Notes: generated by a model not told the origin, from the sequence alone. A DNA stretch of 64,000 nucleotides from an uncultured delta proteobacterium (GCA_963778115.1 CAVZSV010000004.1:1440001-1504000), one strand, 5' to 3'. Shown: positions 1-10,078, numbered from the stretch's first letter. Program-made: numbers and translations.

Positions 1-496
1 TCGCGTGATCCGGCATTTCACTTCTATTGTTACCGTCCAACTCTCCCAAGCGGTCTTTACTCTGCTGAAGAGTCCGAACGATCCGATCCCTTCGCGTATT
101 TTTCTCCCCTTCTTCTTTCTTTTGCCAAAAAATGCCCTCGGTATCCCCCAAAGCGTCTCTTAAATCCCGCAATAATCGAAGATTCTTCGGGGAGAGCTCT
201 ATAATCCCGGCTTCCACAAGCTTTGCTAATTTCTCGACATCTTCCTGGGAGAGTTTTCGAAAAAGCTTGGCTATATCTTTAGGTGCGGCTCCTTCAAAAA
301 GAGCGAGCAGTCTATCGTGATAAAACCAACCCTGTTGGGGGTCGACCCCCTCATAAAGTTTCTTGTAACCCTCGATGAGGGTTGCGACCTGACGCTCCGC
401 CTCTTCGCAGTCCTGGACCGTGCCGGCGTTGGCGAACCAGGAAGGAACAGTACCCATCACAAGCAGAACGATGATAGCTTTGGTGATGATTTTCAT
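1..496 (-). CDS. Secreted hypothetical protein, partial (runs off window start)
   Basis: Translated by hand, absent from the ORF track: ATG at 496, MKIITKAIIVLLVMGTVPSWFANA signal peptide, open frame to position 1. Confidence 0.75.
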   Translation of the reverse strand, partial: MKIITKAIIVLLVMGTVPSWFANAGTVQDCEEAERQVATLIEGYKKLYEGVDPQQGWFYHDRLLALFEGAAPKDIAKLFRKLSQEDVEKLAKLVEAGIIELSPKNLRLLRDLRDALGDTEGIFWQKKEEGEKNTRRDRIVRTLQQSKDRLGELDGNNRSEMPDHA

Positions 497-528
497 TGAT
501 TGGAAGAGAATGTGCTTCGGTTTGTTTC

Positions 529-557
529 ATTATGATGAGTTTCAAAACCAGCGTCAA
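529..557 (-). promoter_or_regulatory. sigma70-type promoter
   Basis: TTGACG-17 nt-CATAAT on the minus strand, about 33 nt upstream of ATG 496. Confidence 0.6.
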
Positions 558-644
558 TTTTTACGGTGCGCTACCTTGTTGAGTGATTTGACTATGGGTA
601 GAGTTTAAGGAAGTGTGAACCGTTGTGAGAGTGAGGGATGAGCA

Positions 645-1568
645 ATGAAGGTTTTAGTTACCGGTGGCACAGGCTTTGTTGGCACTAAACTGATTTCCGC
701 TCTGCTCAAAGAGGGGCAGCATGAAGTCGTCTTATTGTCCCGCAATCCACAAGCAGCAAAGCAAAAGGTTCCGGGCCATCTTCCAATTTTCCGTTGGGAT
801 CCGGAAGCGGGCAAACCGCCCCTCGAAGCCTTTCAAGGTGTTCACGGGGTCGTTCATTTAGCGGGCGAAGGAATCGCCGAAAAGCGCTGGACAAAAAAAC
901 AGAAAGAAAGAATTTACAGTTCTCGAGTCGCTGGCACTCAAAGACTGGTGCAAGCGATTTCGGAATTACCCGGTGCAAAGCCTCACACTATCATTTCAGC
1001 ATCAGCTATCGGCTTTTACGGAGATCGAGGAGAAGAAGTTTTAAACGAAGTTTCCCCCGCCGGCTCTGGCTTTTTGGCCGACGTTTGCCGCGATTGGGAA
1101 AAGGCGATTTTCAAGCCTCAAACGCCGGAAACTCGAATTGCCGCAGTTCGGATTGGAATCGTACTTGGTCGAGATGGCGGAATGCTAAAAAAAGTAATCC
1201 CCCTCTTTAAGACGGGTTTGGCGGGCAAGCTAGGAAATGGAAAACAGTATATGAGTTGGATCCACGTAACTGATCTAGTGGGTCTGTTTCTGCACGTCCT
1301 TAAGACCTCTAAACTCGACGGACCTATCAATGGAACGGCTCCCAACCCTGTCACTAATTCAGTCTTCACTTCGACCTTAGCCAAAGCACTCTCAAGGCCC
1401 GCTTTTCTACCGGCCCCGGCTTTTGCTCTGAAATTGGCGCTGGGGGAGCTTTCCGCCCTGCTCTTACAAAGCCAAAGGGTCCTTCCTGACAAAGCATTGG
1501 CTCAAGGATTTTCGTTCGGATTTCCCTTCTTAGATGGGGCCTTGGCGGACGTGTGCGCCAAGCGTTAG
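645..1568 (+). CDS. TIGR01777 family NAD-dependent epimerase/oxidoreductase (YfcH-like)
   Basis: TGGTGFVG Rossmann motif, HLAGEGIAEKRWT, SASAIGFYG, GKQYMSWIH. Confidence 0.92.
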   Translation: MKVLVTGGTGFVGTKLISALLKEGQHEVVLLSRNPQAAKQKVPGHLPIFRWDPEAGKPPLEAFQGVHGVVHLAGEGIAEKRWTKKQKERIYSSRVAGTQRLVQAISELPGAKPHTIISASAIGFYGDRGEEVLNEVSPAGSGFLADVCRDWEKAIFKPQTPETRIAAVRIGIVLGRDGGMLKKVIPLFKTGLAGKLGNGKQYMSWIHVTDLVGLFLHVLKTSKLDGPINGTAPNPVTNSVFTSTLAKALSRPAFLPAPAFALKLALGELSALLLQSQRVLPDKALAQGFSFGFPFLDGALADVCAKR

Positions 1569-1650
1569 CCATCTAAGTCCTTCCAATTTTGACGAAGAGC
1601 GGGCAGTATCTTGCCCCTGACAGCCGTGCTAATTCGAAGAGGGTCAAGAT

Positions 1651-2877
1651 ATGCGTTTTAGTGAAACTTCTAAGGGAGTTAAGTGGCTTTTGGGTTTCCA
1701 GATTCTGGTGGCCCTTTACATAGCAACTCGAATCTCTCTCTCCTATAGCAATCACTATCGAATCTTCACCACGGCCGGCTCTTTTTTACTGCATAGGATA
1801 AATCCCTACGGCGTCGACTGGGGTTATGGGGGATCCTGGTTTTACAGCCCCGTCTGCGGATGGTTATTCGGACTCTTAAGCCTGCTCCGAGAAGGAGTCG
1901 GCTGCTTTATTTTCGTGATGGGAAGCTACTTCGTTTTTCTCTACGGATGTTGGCGCATGGTGCGAAAGCTGCCTTTCCCCTCTTCGAAAAATCAATTCAA
2001 TCGCTTTCTCATCGTAGCTCTGATTCTATCCATGGGAGAGATGATAGGAGCTTTGCAAAGTACAAAACTTGAAATTGCGATGATAGGCCTACTGCTTATT
2101 GCGATAGATCTTATCGACAGTAATCCGATCCTAGCTGGCGTTATCGCGGCACTGATCATTAACTTTAAGTGGTTCCCACTGGCACCGATAGGACTCGTCG
2201 GAATCTGTCAACTTCGTAGCAAGAATTACAAGTTCTGCGTGTGGACTGCCCTTTTTTCGGTTTTCTTCTTCGTTCTTCCCGTCGCCGTTTACGGATGGGA
2301 ATTCAGTCATGAACTGTATGTAAAGCAAAATGCTTCCCTAGGCGGATTCATGGCGGGATCTTTTATGGTTTTTCCCAGCGTCTTTGGATTTCTTAGTAAA
2401 GGGCTAGGAATTACCCTATCTCCCACTGTCATTCCTTCGATTCTAGTTTTTCTGGGAGGAGCGTTGGGAATCCTAGTATGGGCTCTTTCCGGAGTCCGAG
2501 GAACGAATCGGAGCGATTTTCAAACTCTCTTTCCTCTGGCGCTAGGAGTGCTATACGTCGTCAACTTCAACCCGCTCAGCCAATTCAATGCCTATATGAT
2601 AGCAACCCCGGCCCTTCTATACGCACTTAACCTCTGGTTTCGTGGAGAGAAAAAGCTCTTTGGAAGCGCCATTGTTCTCTACTGGGTAATCGTCTCCATG
2701 TTTTACTCTGATCTCGTTCCACATAGCTTCAGAGATCACTGTAGAGACATCCTGTTAAAACCGGTGGGCAGTGTAGTGCTCCTTTTGGCCTTTGTCGGCT
2801 TCGGCATCAGAGCTTTATGCAGTTCAAAATTCAGGGGTAAACTTCTGGTGCCAGATCAGGCGATGACTTTGGCTTAA
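1651..2877 (+). CDS. GT-C glycosyltransferase, family 87 (DUF2029)-like
   Basis: Polytopic membrane protein; NPY...WFYSP motif, conserved K in NFKWFP. Confidence 0.7.
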   Translation: MRFSETSKGVKWLLGFQILVALYIATRISLSYSNHYRIFTTAGSFLLHRINPYGVDWGYGGSWFYSPVCGWLFGLLSLLREGVGCFIFVMGSYFVFLYGCWRMVRKLPFPSSKNQFNRFLIVALILSMGEMIGALQSTKLEIAMIGLLLIAIDLIDSNPILAGVIAALIINFKWFPLAPIGLVGICQLRSKNYKFCVWTALFSVFFFVLPVAVYGWEFSHELYVKQNASLGGFMAGSFMVFPSVFGFLSKGLGITLSPTVIPSILVFLGGALGILVWALSGVRGTNRSDFQTLFPLALGVLYVVNFNPLSQFNAYMIATPALLYALNLWFRGEKKLFGSAIVLYWVIVSMFYSDLVPHSFRDHCRDILLKPVGSVVLLLAFVGFGIRALCSSKFRGKLLVPDQAMTLA

Positions 2878-2893
2878 TCGGAGGCCGTTAAGC

Positions 2894-3499
2894 ATGGAAT
2901 CGAAACTGAGAAAACTCGCTTTTTTTGTTTATGATAATTTTGCCCCTCTCATTATCTTTCTCATCGCCGAACATTTAGTCGACCTAAAAACCGCCATCGC
3001 CGCTACCGTGGCCATCTCCCTTCTCGATTTGATTTTCCGCAGTGTAAAAAAGGTCAAAATCACTCGCCTTTATCTCTTCTCGCTAGTCGTCACCGTAGCT
3101 TTCGGTGCTATCGATATCTACTCGTCTTCCCCTTTTCTATTTAAATATGAATCATCGATCACCAATATTCTTACGGCTGGCTTTTTTGGAATCACCCTTT
3201 GGCGGGGCAAGCCTCTCATTCAAGAGATAGCCGAAGGGACCATGGATCCCGATAAGGCAAAACGCCCGGACGTCCAACAATATCTTAAGATCCTAACCTT
3301 TGCCTGGACACTGTACTTCCTCGTTAAGGCATCCGTTTATGGATACGTTAGCAATCGGTATTCCATCGATGAAGCGATTGCATTTCGAGCCACGGTGGGA
3401 ACCACGAGCCTTCTTGTGATGATCTTTGGTGAACAGCTAATCAGGCGACCGCTTTTTCGGGTTCTCCAACAAGCTGGACTTATTATTTCTGCGCACTAA
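2894..3499 (+). CDS. Intracellular septation protein A (YciB/IspZ)-like membrane protein
   Basis: 5-6 TM segments; FKYESSITN, GKPLIQEIAE, LTFAW pattern. Confidence 0.6.
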   Translation: MESKLRKLAFFVYDNFAPLIIFLIAEHLVDLKTAIAATVAISLLDLIFRSVKKVKITRLYLFSLVVTVAFGAIDIYSSSPFLFKYESSITNILTAGFFGITLWRGKPLIQEIAEGTMDPDKAKRPDVQQYLKILTFAWTLYFLVKASVYGYVSNRYSIDEAIAFRATVGTTSLLVMIFGEQLIRRPLFRVLQQAGLIISAH

Positions 3500-4154
3500 G
3501 AAAAATTCTCGCTTCGAAAAGTTTCCCGATTCCAAGCGGTAAACGGGAAAGCACATGGAAGTAGGATAAAGGCTTTAGATAATGACTTAGCATGGTAACT
3601 TTAATGTCGCGAAAGCCTGCCTCGCCGAGAAGCGCTTCGATCTCGCGTCGAGTTCGCACTTTAACGACCATGGAATTTCTCCCAATAAGACCGGTATCCC
3701 GCAACCGCTCCAAGAAAAATCCCCCATTGGGTTCGTGATAATAAAGGACACCCCCAGATTTCAATGAGCTAAAGATCCCCTTAAAGATCCTTGAGTATTC
3801 CTCTTTAGATAAGAAATTTCCCAAATCAAAAGCAAAAGCCTTATCGAACGCGTCGGGGTTAGCGTTCCCAAAATGGCCCAGATCCGAAAGTTCAAACCGA
3901 GCATTCTGGAAACCGGAGACGACCGCTTTTTTGGTGGCCAGTTCAATGAAGTCGGAAGAAAAATCGACCCCTACATAACCCTTCAGGGAGGGGTAGATTA
4001 AAGGAAGAAGCTTCGCTGATCCGCATGCGTAATCGACAACAACATCGCTCCGTTTGAGATCAAAGTAAGGAAGCAATCGACTCAATCGATTTAAAGGAGT
4101 GTCGTCAAATTGAGTTACGTAGTTCCCGGAGAAAGACTGTTGGAGTGTTTGCAT
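3483..4154 (-). CDS. Class I SAM-dependent methyltransferase
   Basis: VVDYACGSA motif I, GVDFS, LKSGG; start moved to ATG 4154 behind a GGAAGG SD. Confidence 0.85.
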   Translation of the reverse strand: MQTLQQSFSGNYVTQFDDTPLNRLSRLLPYFDLKRSDVVVDYACGSAKLLPLIYPSLKGYVGVDFSSDFIELATKKAVVSGFQNARFELSDLGHFGNANPDAFDKAFAFDLGNFLSKEEYSRIFKGIFSSLKSGGVLYYHEPNGGFFLERLRDTGLIGRNSMVVKVRTRREIEALLGEAGFRDIKVTMLSHYLKPLSYFHVLSRLPLGIGKLFEARIFLSAQK

Positions 4155-4308
4155 AGCCTTCCATTTTAGCACCACTAACGACTCCCGGCATCGATCGCTA
4201 ACGCCTCGAGAAGGCCAGAGAAGGCTGGACAAATCGACCAGTCGCGCCATAATCATCTCATATCGTTATATTAGCAGGGGAGGCGGGGGCCTCCGGGGGT
4301 AATCGTTC

Positions 4309-5547
4309 TTGCTTCCATTGACGCAGCGACTTTTTAGAGCCGTTCTGGGACTCTGTCTTACGATGGCTTTGCACGCTACGGCTTTTGTGGAATTGGCAAA
4401 GGCACCCGACGGCGTTGGCTGGAAGTATTCCGCCAATGGGCGCATCCTAGCCATCGGAGATCTTCACGGAGACGTCGATTCGTTACTGGCGGTGCTCTCT
4501 CATTTGGGATTAATCGACAAAGAAGGAAAATGGTCAGGCGGGGATACACAGATTGTTCTTATGGGCGATCTGATGTCTCGAGGGGCTCATACCAGATTGT
4601 TGATGGATTATGTCAGGGATCTTAGCGCTGAAGCGAGCCGTTCGAAAGGCGCGGTGTTTTCGATCTTAGGAAATCATGAATACCGTGCCGCCAAAGGACA
4701 AACCGCACCCGGACCCGATGAAGCAAGCTTTTTAAGTTACGGGCCTTCTCATGCCGAGGTCGTTCGCAAAGCGATGGAATGGCAAAATCCAAGGGACCGG
4801 CCCGAAGCGCTTAGGCAGGTTCCTCTAGAGAAAGCACTTTACGAATGGTCGGTTCAGTTAGCAGCACAGCGCGCTTATTGCGAACCCCGTTCTCCCTATG
4901 CATTACAGATTGCCCAACCCAATAGTCTATTACAGTTGGGGGACATCATTTTCGCACACAGTAACCTACCGCCTGAATTATTCAGTGATGCGAACGCCGC
5001 CGGAAAGATCAATGCGCAAATTAGACGCGAGATCCGAGAAAGCCAACAATCCTCCGCCCAAAGAGTGGCGGACGATGTGATCACGGAAGAGCGGGGTGCT
5101 GGGATGAGCCTTACCGCTGCGGAAGTCCTTCAGACGTCAAAGCTAGCCTACGAAGATGTTCCGGTGGAGCAAGTGGATGGCATTTTTTTTCGCATGAAAC
5201 TTAAGTATGGAGTGATAGGCCACGTTAGCACGGATAACCATCGAGTTCAGCGGATCTACCATAGGATTTTTCGCGTGGACACTAATCTTTCGCGCGCCAT
5301 GAGACAACACGACAACGAGACGCTTTCCGTTTTGGAATTTGTAGACGGTCATCCCGTGGAAAGAAACGACATCGCAAGGCCCAAAAATTTCCATCCCCTT
5401 AGGCCGGTTCTCGAAGCGCGCTATGTCCCTAACTGGGGAAAACCTACGATCTCCGCGCCTAGTATCAGGCGCATCGTAGATCTGTTGCACGTTCCCGGCG
5501 CCCTGTGTGGCTTGGGGTTAGAGGCCGCAAGCGTTCTGGTCCGGTAA
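4309..5547 (+). CDS. Secreted metallophosphoesterase (Shewanella-like phosphatase family), partly divergent
   Basis: Signal peptide; GDLHG, GDLMSRG, GNHE, GH and VDT motifs. Confidence 0.8.
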   Translation: MLPLTQRLFRAVLGLCLTMALHATAFVELAKAPDGVGWKYSANGRILAIGDLHGDVDSLLAVLSHLGLIDKEGKWSGGDTQIVLMGDLMSRGAHTRLLMDYVRDLSAEASRSKGAVFSILGNHEYRAAKGQTAPGPDEASFLSYGPSHAEVVRKAMEWQNPRDRPEALRQVPLEKALYEWSVQLAAQRAYCEPRSPYALQIAQPNSLLQLGDIIFAHSNLPPELFSDANAAGKINAQIRREIRESQQSSAQRVADDVITEERGAGMSLTAAEVLQTSKLAYEDVPVEQVDGIFFRMKLKYGVIGHVSTDNHRVQRIYHRIFRVDTNLSRAMRQHDNETLSVLEFVDGHPVERNDIARPKNFHPLRPVLEARYVPNWGKPTISAPSIRRIVDLLHVPGALCGLGLEAASVLVR

Positions 5548-5558
5548 AAGTAAGTAAA

Positions 5559-6038
5559 TTAATTGCCCACAAGTTGTTGTGAGTACGACTTAGGATCTGC
5601 GATTTGAGCCGCGGCCGGAGGCGCATTAGAACCCGAAATTGCGACAGAATCCGTTTTCTGCCCAGAAGCATTGGTCGAGTTCGATGGAGGCGCAAACAAT
5701 TGAGGCATCGAGATGGTAGGAGGATTAAGAGGCATGATATTCGAGTTGCTCGTATATTCCGAAGATTGACCGCCAGAGCCTCCGCCTCCTATTAACGGAA
5801 GCAGAGAAGCCACGGAGGAATCCTGCCCGTTGGGAAATGACGGTACCGTGCTCCCGGAGCTACCGGTAACCGTGGACGGGGCATTAACTAAAGACACTTC
5901 CGAAGTAACGGTGGTCGTGAGAGCTGTACTGGACACATGAGTCGGCTCAACGACTGGACTTGTGGCAGACAGAGGGACGGACGACGTTCCGGAAGGTGAG
6001 ACCTCCACAACTTCACCTTCGGTAGAACTGGAGATCAC
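5559..6038 (-). CDS. Ser/Thr/Pro-rich low-complexity ORF, probably the frameshifted C-terminus of 6013..6954
   Basis: Overlaps the upstream ORF in the +1 frame; no signal peptide of its own. Confidence 0.5.
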   Translation of the reverse strand: MISSSTEGEVVEVSPSGTSSVPLSATSPVVEPTHVSSTALTTTVTSEVSLVNAPSTVTGSSGSTVPSFPNGQDSSVASLLPLIGGGGSGGQSSEYTSNSNIMPLNPPTISMPQLFAPPSNSTNASGQKTDSVAISGSNAPPAAAQIADPKSYSQQLVGN

Positions 6039-6954
6039 CCGGACCTTGAGGGATAGAAGTCGGCTTGGTAGAAGCTCTTACTTTGGTTCCTGAAATTCGG
6101 GCGGCATCCAACGCACACGTCGCTCCCCAGCATTGCAATGTAGCGGCTTCCGCCGGAGCGACTCCTTTCGCGGCCCGCGCATTATTTAGATCCCTAAAAC
6201 TACTCCACAACTGCGAAAATTGAGATGAGTCTTTTTTGAACGAACCGATTCCTGGCATGTAGGAAGTGCCATCACGCCCGCCGTGAAGATCCAAAGTGAC
6301 CCGATTGATGTCATCGGGAGTCTCCCGAATTTTTCGAATGACATCATCAAAACTAGTGGCGCGTTCTGTATTGACTCCTCGTGTAGGATAGGTCGCTAAG
6401 TCTCTTTGAATGGGATCGAACCGACAACTGTCTCCTAAACAAACCACCACTCGGTCGCCCTTTCCATAATCGGCGTCAAATGGCTTTCGTCCAAGACTAC
6501 TCGTGGGGTAAGCCGCCGACCGCACTTCTTGTCCAGACTCGGTAGGATCTCTCTTAGCAGCGAGAGCCGCGGCCCCATCCTGATTCCCGGTGTGTTTGTC
6601 AGCAACGGCTTGAGCAAAATCCCTCTTTGATCTTTGCAGATCCTCCGTCTCAACACGTTCCTCTTTGACTGCTTTTGACTCGAGGCGATTAGCTTCATCC
6701 CTCTTCTTCTCCGTCCGAAGCATCTGAGCTTTAGCCCTTAGATCGGAGGCATTCTTCGCGTGTGTCCGCGCGTCTTGCCCCTCCCTAATCCCTTTGTCTG
6801 TGAATGCGTCACTTTGAGAAACGGCCGACGTAGCGGCCACTCCTGCCGAAACTCCTCGATCGTTCTGAGCAAGAATCGATGGATGAAAGGAAAAACAAAG
6901 CAAAAGAGCGAGGATGACCCTAGTCGGCCTAAAATATGTCGATGAAGCCTGCAT
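6013..6954 (-). CDS. Secreted protein with coiled coil and a putative caspase-fold (DUF4347/C80-like) His-Cys domain
   Basis: Signal peptide; LDLHGG...LQCWG...ISGTKVRAS resembles the HG...GC...G.VAAS pattern. Confidence 0.5.
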   Translation of the reverse strand: MQASSTYFRPTRVILALLLCFSFHPSILAQNDRGVSAGVAATSAVSQSDAFTDKGIREGQDARTHAKNASDLRAKAQMLRTEKKRDEANRLESKAVKEERVETEDLQRSKRDFAQAVADKHTGNQDGAAALAAKRDPTESGQEVRSAAYPTSSLGRKPFDADYGKGDRVVVCLGDSCRFDPIQRDLATYPTRGVNTERATSFDDVIRKIRETPDDINRVTLDLHGGRDGTSYMPGIGSFKKDSSQFSQLWSSFRDLNNARAAKGVAPAEAATLQCWGATCALDAARISGTKVRASTKPTSIPQGPGDLQFYRR

Positions 6955-6974
6955 CTGAATTAGCTTCTATAAAG

Positions 6975-6990
6975 AGCAAGCCCAGTGCCA
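6975..6990 (-). promoter_or_regulatory. sigma54 (-24/-12) promoter
   Basis: TGGCAC-TGGGC-TTGCT, exact consensus, 20 nt upstream of ATG 6954. Confidence 0.8.
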
Positions 6991-7183
6991 AAGGCTCTCT
7001 GCCTAGCGGAATTGGCAAAGTGATAAGGGATTGAGCGACTGCGGGAGAAAGGAGGTAAATTATGGAATCTCCCTGCTTATAGGGCTGTACACAGGACGGT
7101 CAAAAGTGGCTAAAGTCTTTACAAGAACGGCACCCGTCCTAATGCAATGAGACTGCTTGAAGTCTCTCGTTGCAAGCGACAGA

Positions 7184-8458
7184 TTAACTCTTTTTCCCGT
7201 TAAGAAATCGTCGAGGAATCTCCCCAAACCAAAACAGAAAGAGTTTCAATTTATGGTGTTTGTAGGTCGCTACTTTTTGAGTGCGGTAGATCCCCTGATG
7301 GCCCGAAACATAGTAGCCACAGTAACAAGCTACTACGGCATACGGAGCAATCCGGAATCCGAAAAGCTCTATCGCCATGACGGTACAGGCCAAAGGGGTA
7401 TTGGCCGCGGCTCCAAAGACGGCGGCAAATCCTAGCGGTGCCAAGAGACTGAAAGAGACTGGGATGAGTTGACCCAAAGCACTCCCCAAAGTACTTCCGA
7501 TAAAGACCAACGGAATAAATTCTCCCCCTTTAAATCCGGAACCGACGGTAATTGCCGTAAATAAGAATTTAAGAAGGGGCTCATGGAAAGTAGCCGGGTG
7601 AACGATCGATTTTTGGATCACTGAAATGCCCAAGCCCGCATATTCGTAAGTGCCCTCCCACCAGTAGAGAACCACAAGCACAAGGCCTGCGATAAAAGGT
7701 TTCAGCGGTGGATACTTTACATACTTCGTCTGCAAATGCTCGATGAGGTGAGTAAATTTAGAAAAGAGGCGGGCCACGATGCCAAAGACCACACCTGCCA
7801 GGGCTACCCACAAGATCGTACTGACATGAAACTTTTCAATGTAAGGAACGGGATAAACGGAATGAGGTGCTCTAAGAAGGACCGCTGTATAGTAGCCACA
7901 AAAAGAGGCCACGATACTTTCAACGACGGCAAACGGACGCAGATGCCCTATCTGGATCACTTCCATCCCAAAAAGAACGCCGGCCCACGGAGCACCGATA
8001 GCAGCTCCAAACCCAGCTCCGGCTCCCGTAACTAGTAAAATCTTTCGTTCTTCGGCTGAAATCTTAAAGAACTTATTGATTTGATCGGAGAGAGAAGCAC
8101 CCATCTGGACAGCCGTTCCCTCTCGTCCGGCCGATCCTCCGAAGAGATGCGTCAGAACGGTTCCTACTAGAATAAAAGGCGCCATGATAATGGGAACGGT
8201 CTTTTTCGGATCGTGAATCTCTTCCAAGATAAGATTATTGCCGGCAGCGATATCTTTTCCAAAGCGGTAGTACACCCAGCCAATTAAGAACCCCGCGATG
8301 GGTAACGACCAAATGATAGTCAAATGGGCTTCCCGCGTCTTTGTCGCCATATCTAGCAAAATAAGAAAAATAGCTGCGGCGATTCCAGACAACACGCCCG
8401 AAAGAGCGCTTAACAGCACCCATTTAACGAAGGGTCGACGAGGTTTCGAATGTGGCAT
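7184..8458 (-). CDS. eriC: CLC-F family fluoride exporter (F-/H+ antiporter)
   Basis: GNNLI and GREGT signatures, GGEFIP, ANTPLA; fluoride riboswitch directly upstream. Confidence 0.9.
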   Translation of the reverse strand: MPHSKPRRPFVKWVLLSALSGVLSGIAAAIFLILLDMATKTREAHLTIIWSLPIAGFLIGWVYYRFGKDIAAGNNLILEEIHDPKKTVPIIMAPFILVGTVLTHLFGGSAGREGTAVQMGASLSDQINKFFKISAEERKILLVTGAGAGFGAAIGAPWAGVLFGMEVIQIGHLRPFAVVESIVASFCGYYTAVLLRAPHSVYPVPYIEKFHVSTILWVALAGVVFGIVARLFSKFTHLIEHLQTKYVKYPPLKPFIAGLVLVVLYWWEGTYEYAGLGISVIQKSIVHPATFHEPLLKFLFTAITVGSGFKGGEFIPLVFIGSTLGSALGQLIPVSFSLLAPLGFAAVFGAAANTPLACTVMAIELFGFRIAPYAVVACYCGYYVSGHQGIYRTQKVATYKHHKLKLFLFWFGEIPRRFLNGKKS

Positions 8459-8483
8459 TACGGTCTCCTACCTAGATTATGGT

Positions 8484-8540
8484 GGTAGGAGTCATCAGCA
8501 CTGTCTGATTACAGGCGGTTAAAGGCAGACTCCATTGCCT
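8484..8540 (-). ncRNA. Fluoride (crcB) riboswitch
   Basis: GGCAATGGAGTCTGCC-TTTAACCGC...GCTGATGACTCCTAC fits the aptamer consensus; its 3' CTCCTACC can pair with the GGTAGGAG SD at 8465-8472. Confidence 0.93.
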
Positions 8541-8601
8541 AATGAGCATTTATACCCTGGTTTTGAGCCAGGAAAAAGTTCAATTCAAAGCAAGCCACGC
8601 T

Positions 8602-10068
8602 TCATCTCTTTGTCAGACGATAGCGTGTAGCAGGGCCTGCCCCTATTTTTGTTACGACTTTCCTTTCAAGGGCTTCCTTTACCCACTCAAAAGCCGTTCG
8701 TCGGGGCAAATCAAGCCATCGGGAGATTTCGTGGGCGGAGAAAGCTTCGCCCCCGCTTTTCGTTCGAATGAGGTTAATCCCGGCCAGCGAATTTTCCTCC
8801 CACCAGCTGGGATTGGGCAAGCGAAGGGAAAGCGACTCCTTGGTAGGCAAAATGTGGTAGTCTCCTTCCTTACCAGAAATCTGAAGGGCAATCCGTTCCT
8901 GTTTGAGCCACGCTTTGAGTTCACTCACCCCTTCATGAATACGCGCGGGTGAGGAGTTCACTTGAAAGTACTCGTCAGGATAGACCTCCGCGAACAAATG
9001 CGGCAGACGAATAGGACGATAGAGGTCTGAGACAATGGCTTTTAGTAAACGCTGCTTTAGCTGTCCAAATTTTAAGTTAGCGCGATTCTGGAAAAGATCG
9101 ACGACGGAACGACGGCCCCCCGGAGATCCAAAATCCCAATCATAAGATTCTGGAATCGCAACCGGACGCGGAAAGTCTTTTACGAGACGTTCGCGATACT
9201 TTATATGGCGAGTTCCAAAGTAGACTCGCAAGAAAAGCGCTTCGTCCTTAAGTTGAATGGATTGGTACGCATCGCACTCACGAACGGTCTCCCAATGTCC
9301 CCTTCCGTAAGCCTCTTTCCGAAGCCGCTTCAACTCGCCAAGACCCGCTTTAGAATCTCGAAAGAGCGTTAAAATTGTTTTCCACTTCTTCACGAAAAAA
9401 GCGTCAAGCCCGCCTGCCTGGCCCACGGCACTTTCTGCTTTTTTGAGACATTGCTCGGCAAATCTCCACTGGTGCTGCTGAATGGCGAGCTCTGCCTTTT
9501 TCTCCAGGGTATTGCCGTAGAGGACCGAGAATCCAAGACGAAGGGTCGACTCTTCGAGTTCCGAAATAAGACTTGTCGCTTTAGCCCAACGCCGCTCATG
9601 CACGTAAGAGGAAGCTAAGTTCACTTGGCCAATGGCGCGCTGATAATCACTTAAGTGAGCTTTCACATAATTTTCCAAATGAGGAATGGCCGCTTCATAG
9701 TCCCACTGAATGATTCGCACATACGCCGTGTACAAGTCCGCTTCGGGAAGAGATTTGGGATCAATCCCCTTTAGAAGGGTTAGTGCTTCATGGGCCGCCC
9801 CCACTCTCACTAGGGTCGCCGCATATTCCGCCCGTTCTTCGTCGGAAGCTTTTATCGGCTGTTTCGAGGAAGGCCGCACTAAGGGCGATAGCAAGCGAAG
9901 GGTTAAGTAAGGCAGCCCGGCTCGCCTAGCTAAGGTAGCTACTCGAAATCGTTCGGACCGTCCTAATCGACGAAATTCGCGGTGTCCCAGCTCCGAACGG
10001 GCTTGGGCTATAGCTCCGGTTCTGATTAAGTCTTCGATATGGCTTAGGAAAGCTTCATTGGGCTTCAT
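8602..10068 (-). CDS. TPR-repeat protein with putative C-terminal winged-helix DNA-binding region
   Basis: Helical repeats; C-terminal FSAHEISRWLDLPRRTAFEWVKEALERKVVTKIGAGPATRY HTH plus wing. Confidence 0.65.
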   Translation of the reverse strand: MKPNEAFLSHIEDLIRTGAIAQARSELGHREFRRLGRSERFRVATLARRAGLPYLTLRLLSPLVRPSSKQPIKASDEERAEYAATLVRVGAAHEALTLLKGIDPKSLPEADLYTAYVRIIQWDYEAAIPHLENYVKAHLSDYQRAIGQVNLASSYVHERRWAKATSLISELEESTLRLGFSVLYGNTLEKKAELAIQQHQWRFAEQCLKKAESAVGQAGGLDAFFVKKWKTILTLFRDSKAGLGELKRLRKEAYGRGHWETVRECDAYQSIQLKDEALFLRVYFGTRHIKYRERLVKDFPRPVAIPESYDWDFGSPGGRRSVVDLFQNRANLKFGQLKQRLLKAIVSDLYRPIRLPHLFAEVYPDEYFQVNSSPARIHEGVSELKAWLKQERIALQISGKEGDYHILPTKESLSLRLPNPSWWEENSLAGINLIRTKSGGEAFSAHEISRWLDLPRRTAFEWVKEALERKVVTKIGAGPATRYRLTKR

Positions 10069-10078
10069 TGGGCTTCAT
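10051..10078. repeat. 10-bp tandem repeat (about 2.8 copies) spanning the start codon of 8602..10068
   Basis: agcttcattg ggcttcattg ggcttcat; minus-strand ATGs at 10078, 10068 and 10058. Confidence 0.85.

Noticed and set aside
132..814. Short ORFs 132..320, 317..499, 351..557, 420..608, 605..814
   Set aside because: Shadows of the minus-strand gene starting at 496 and of the epimerase
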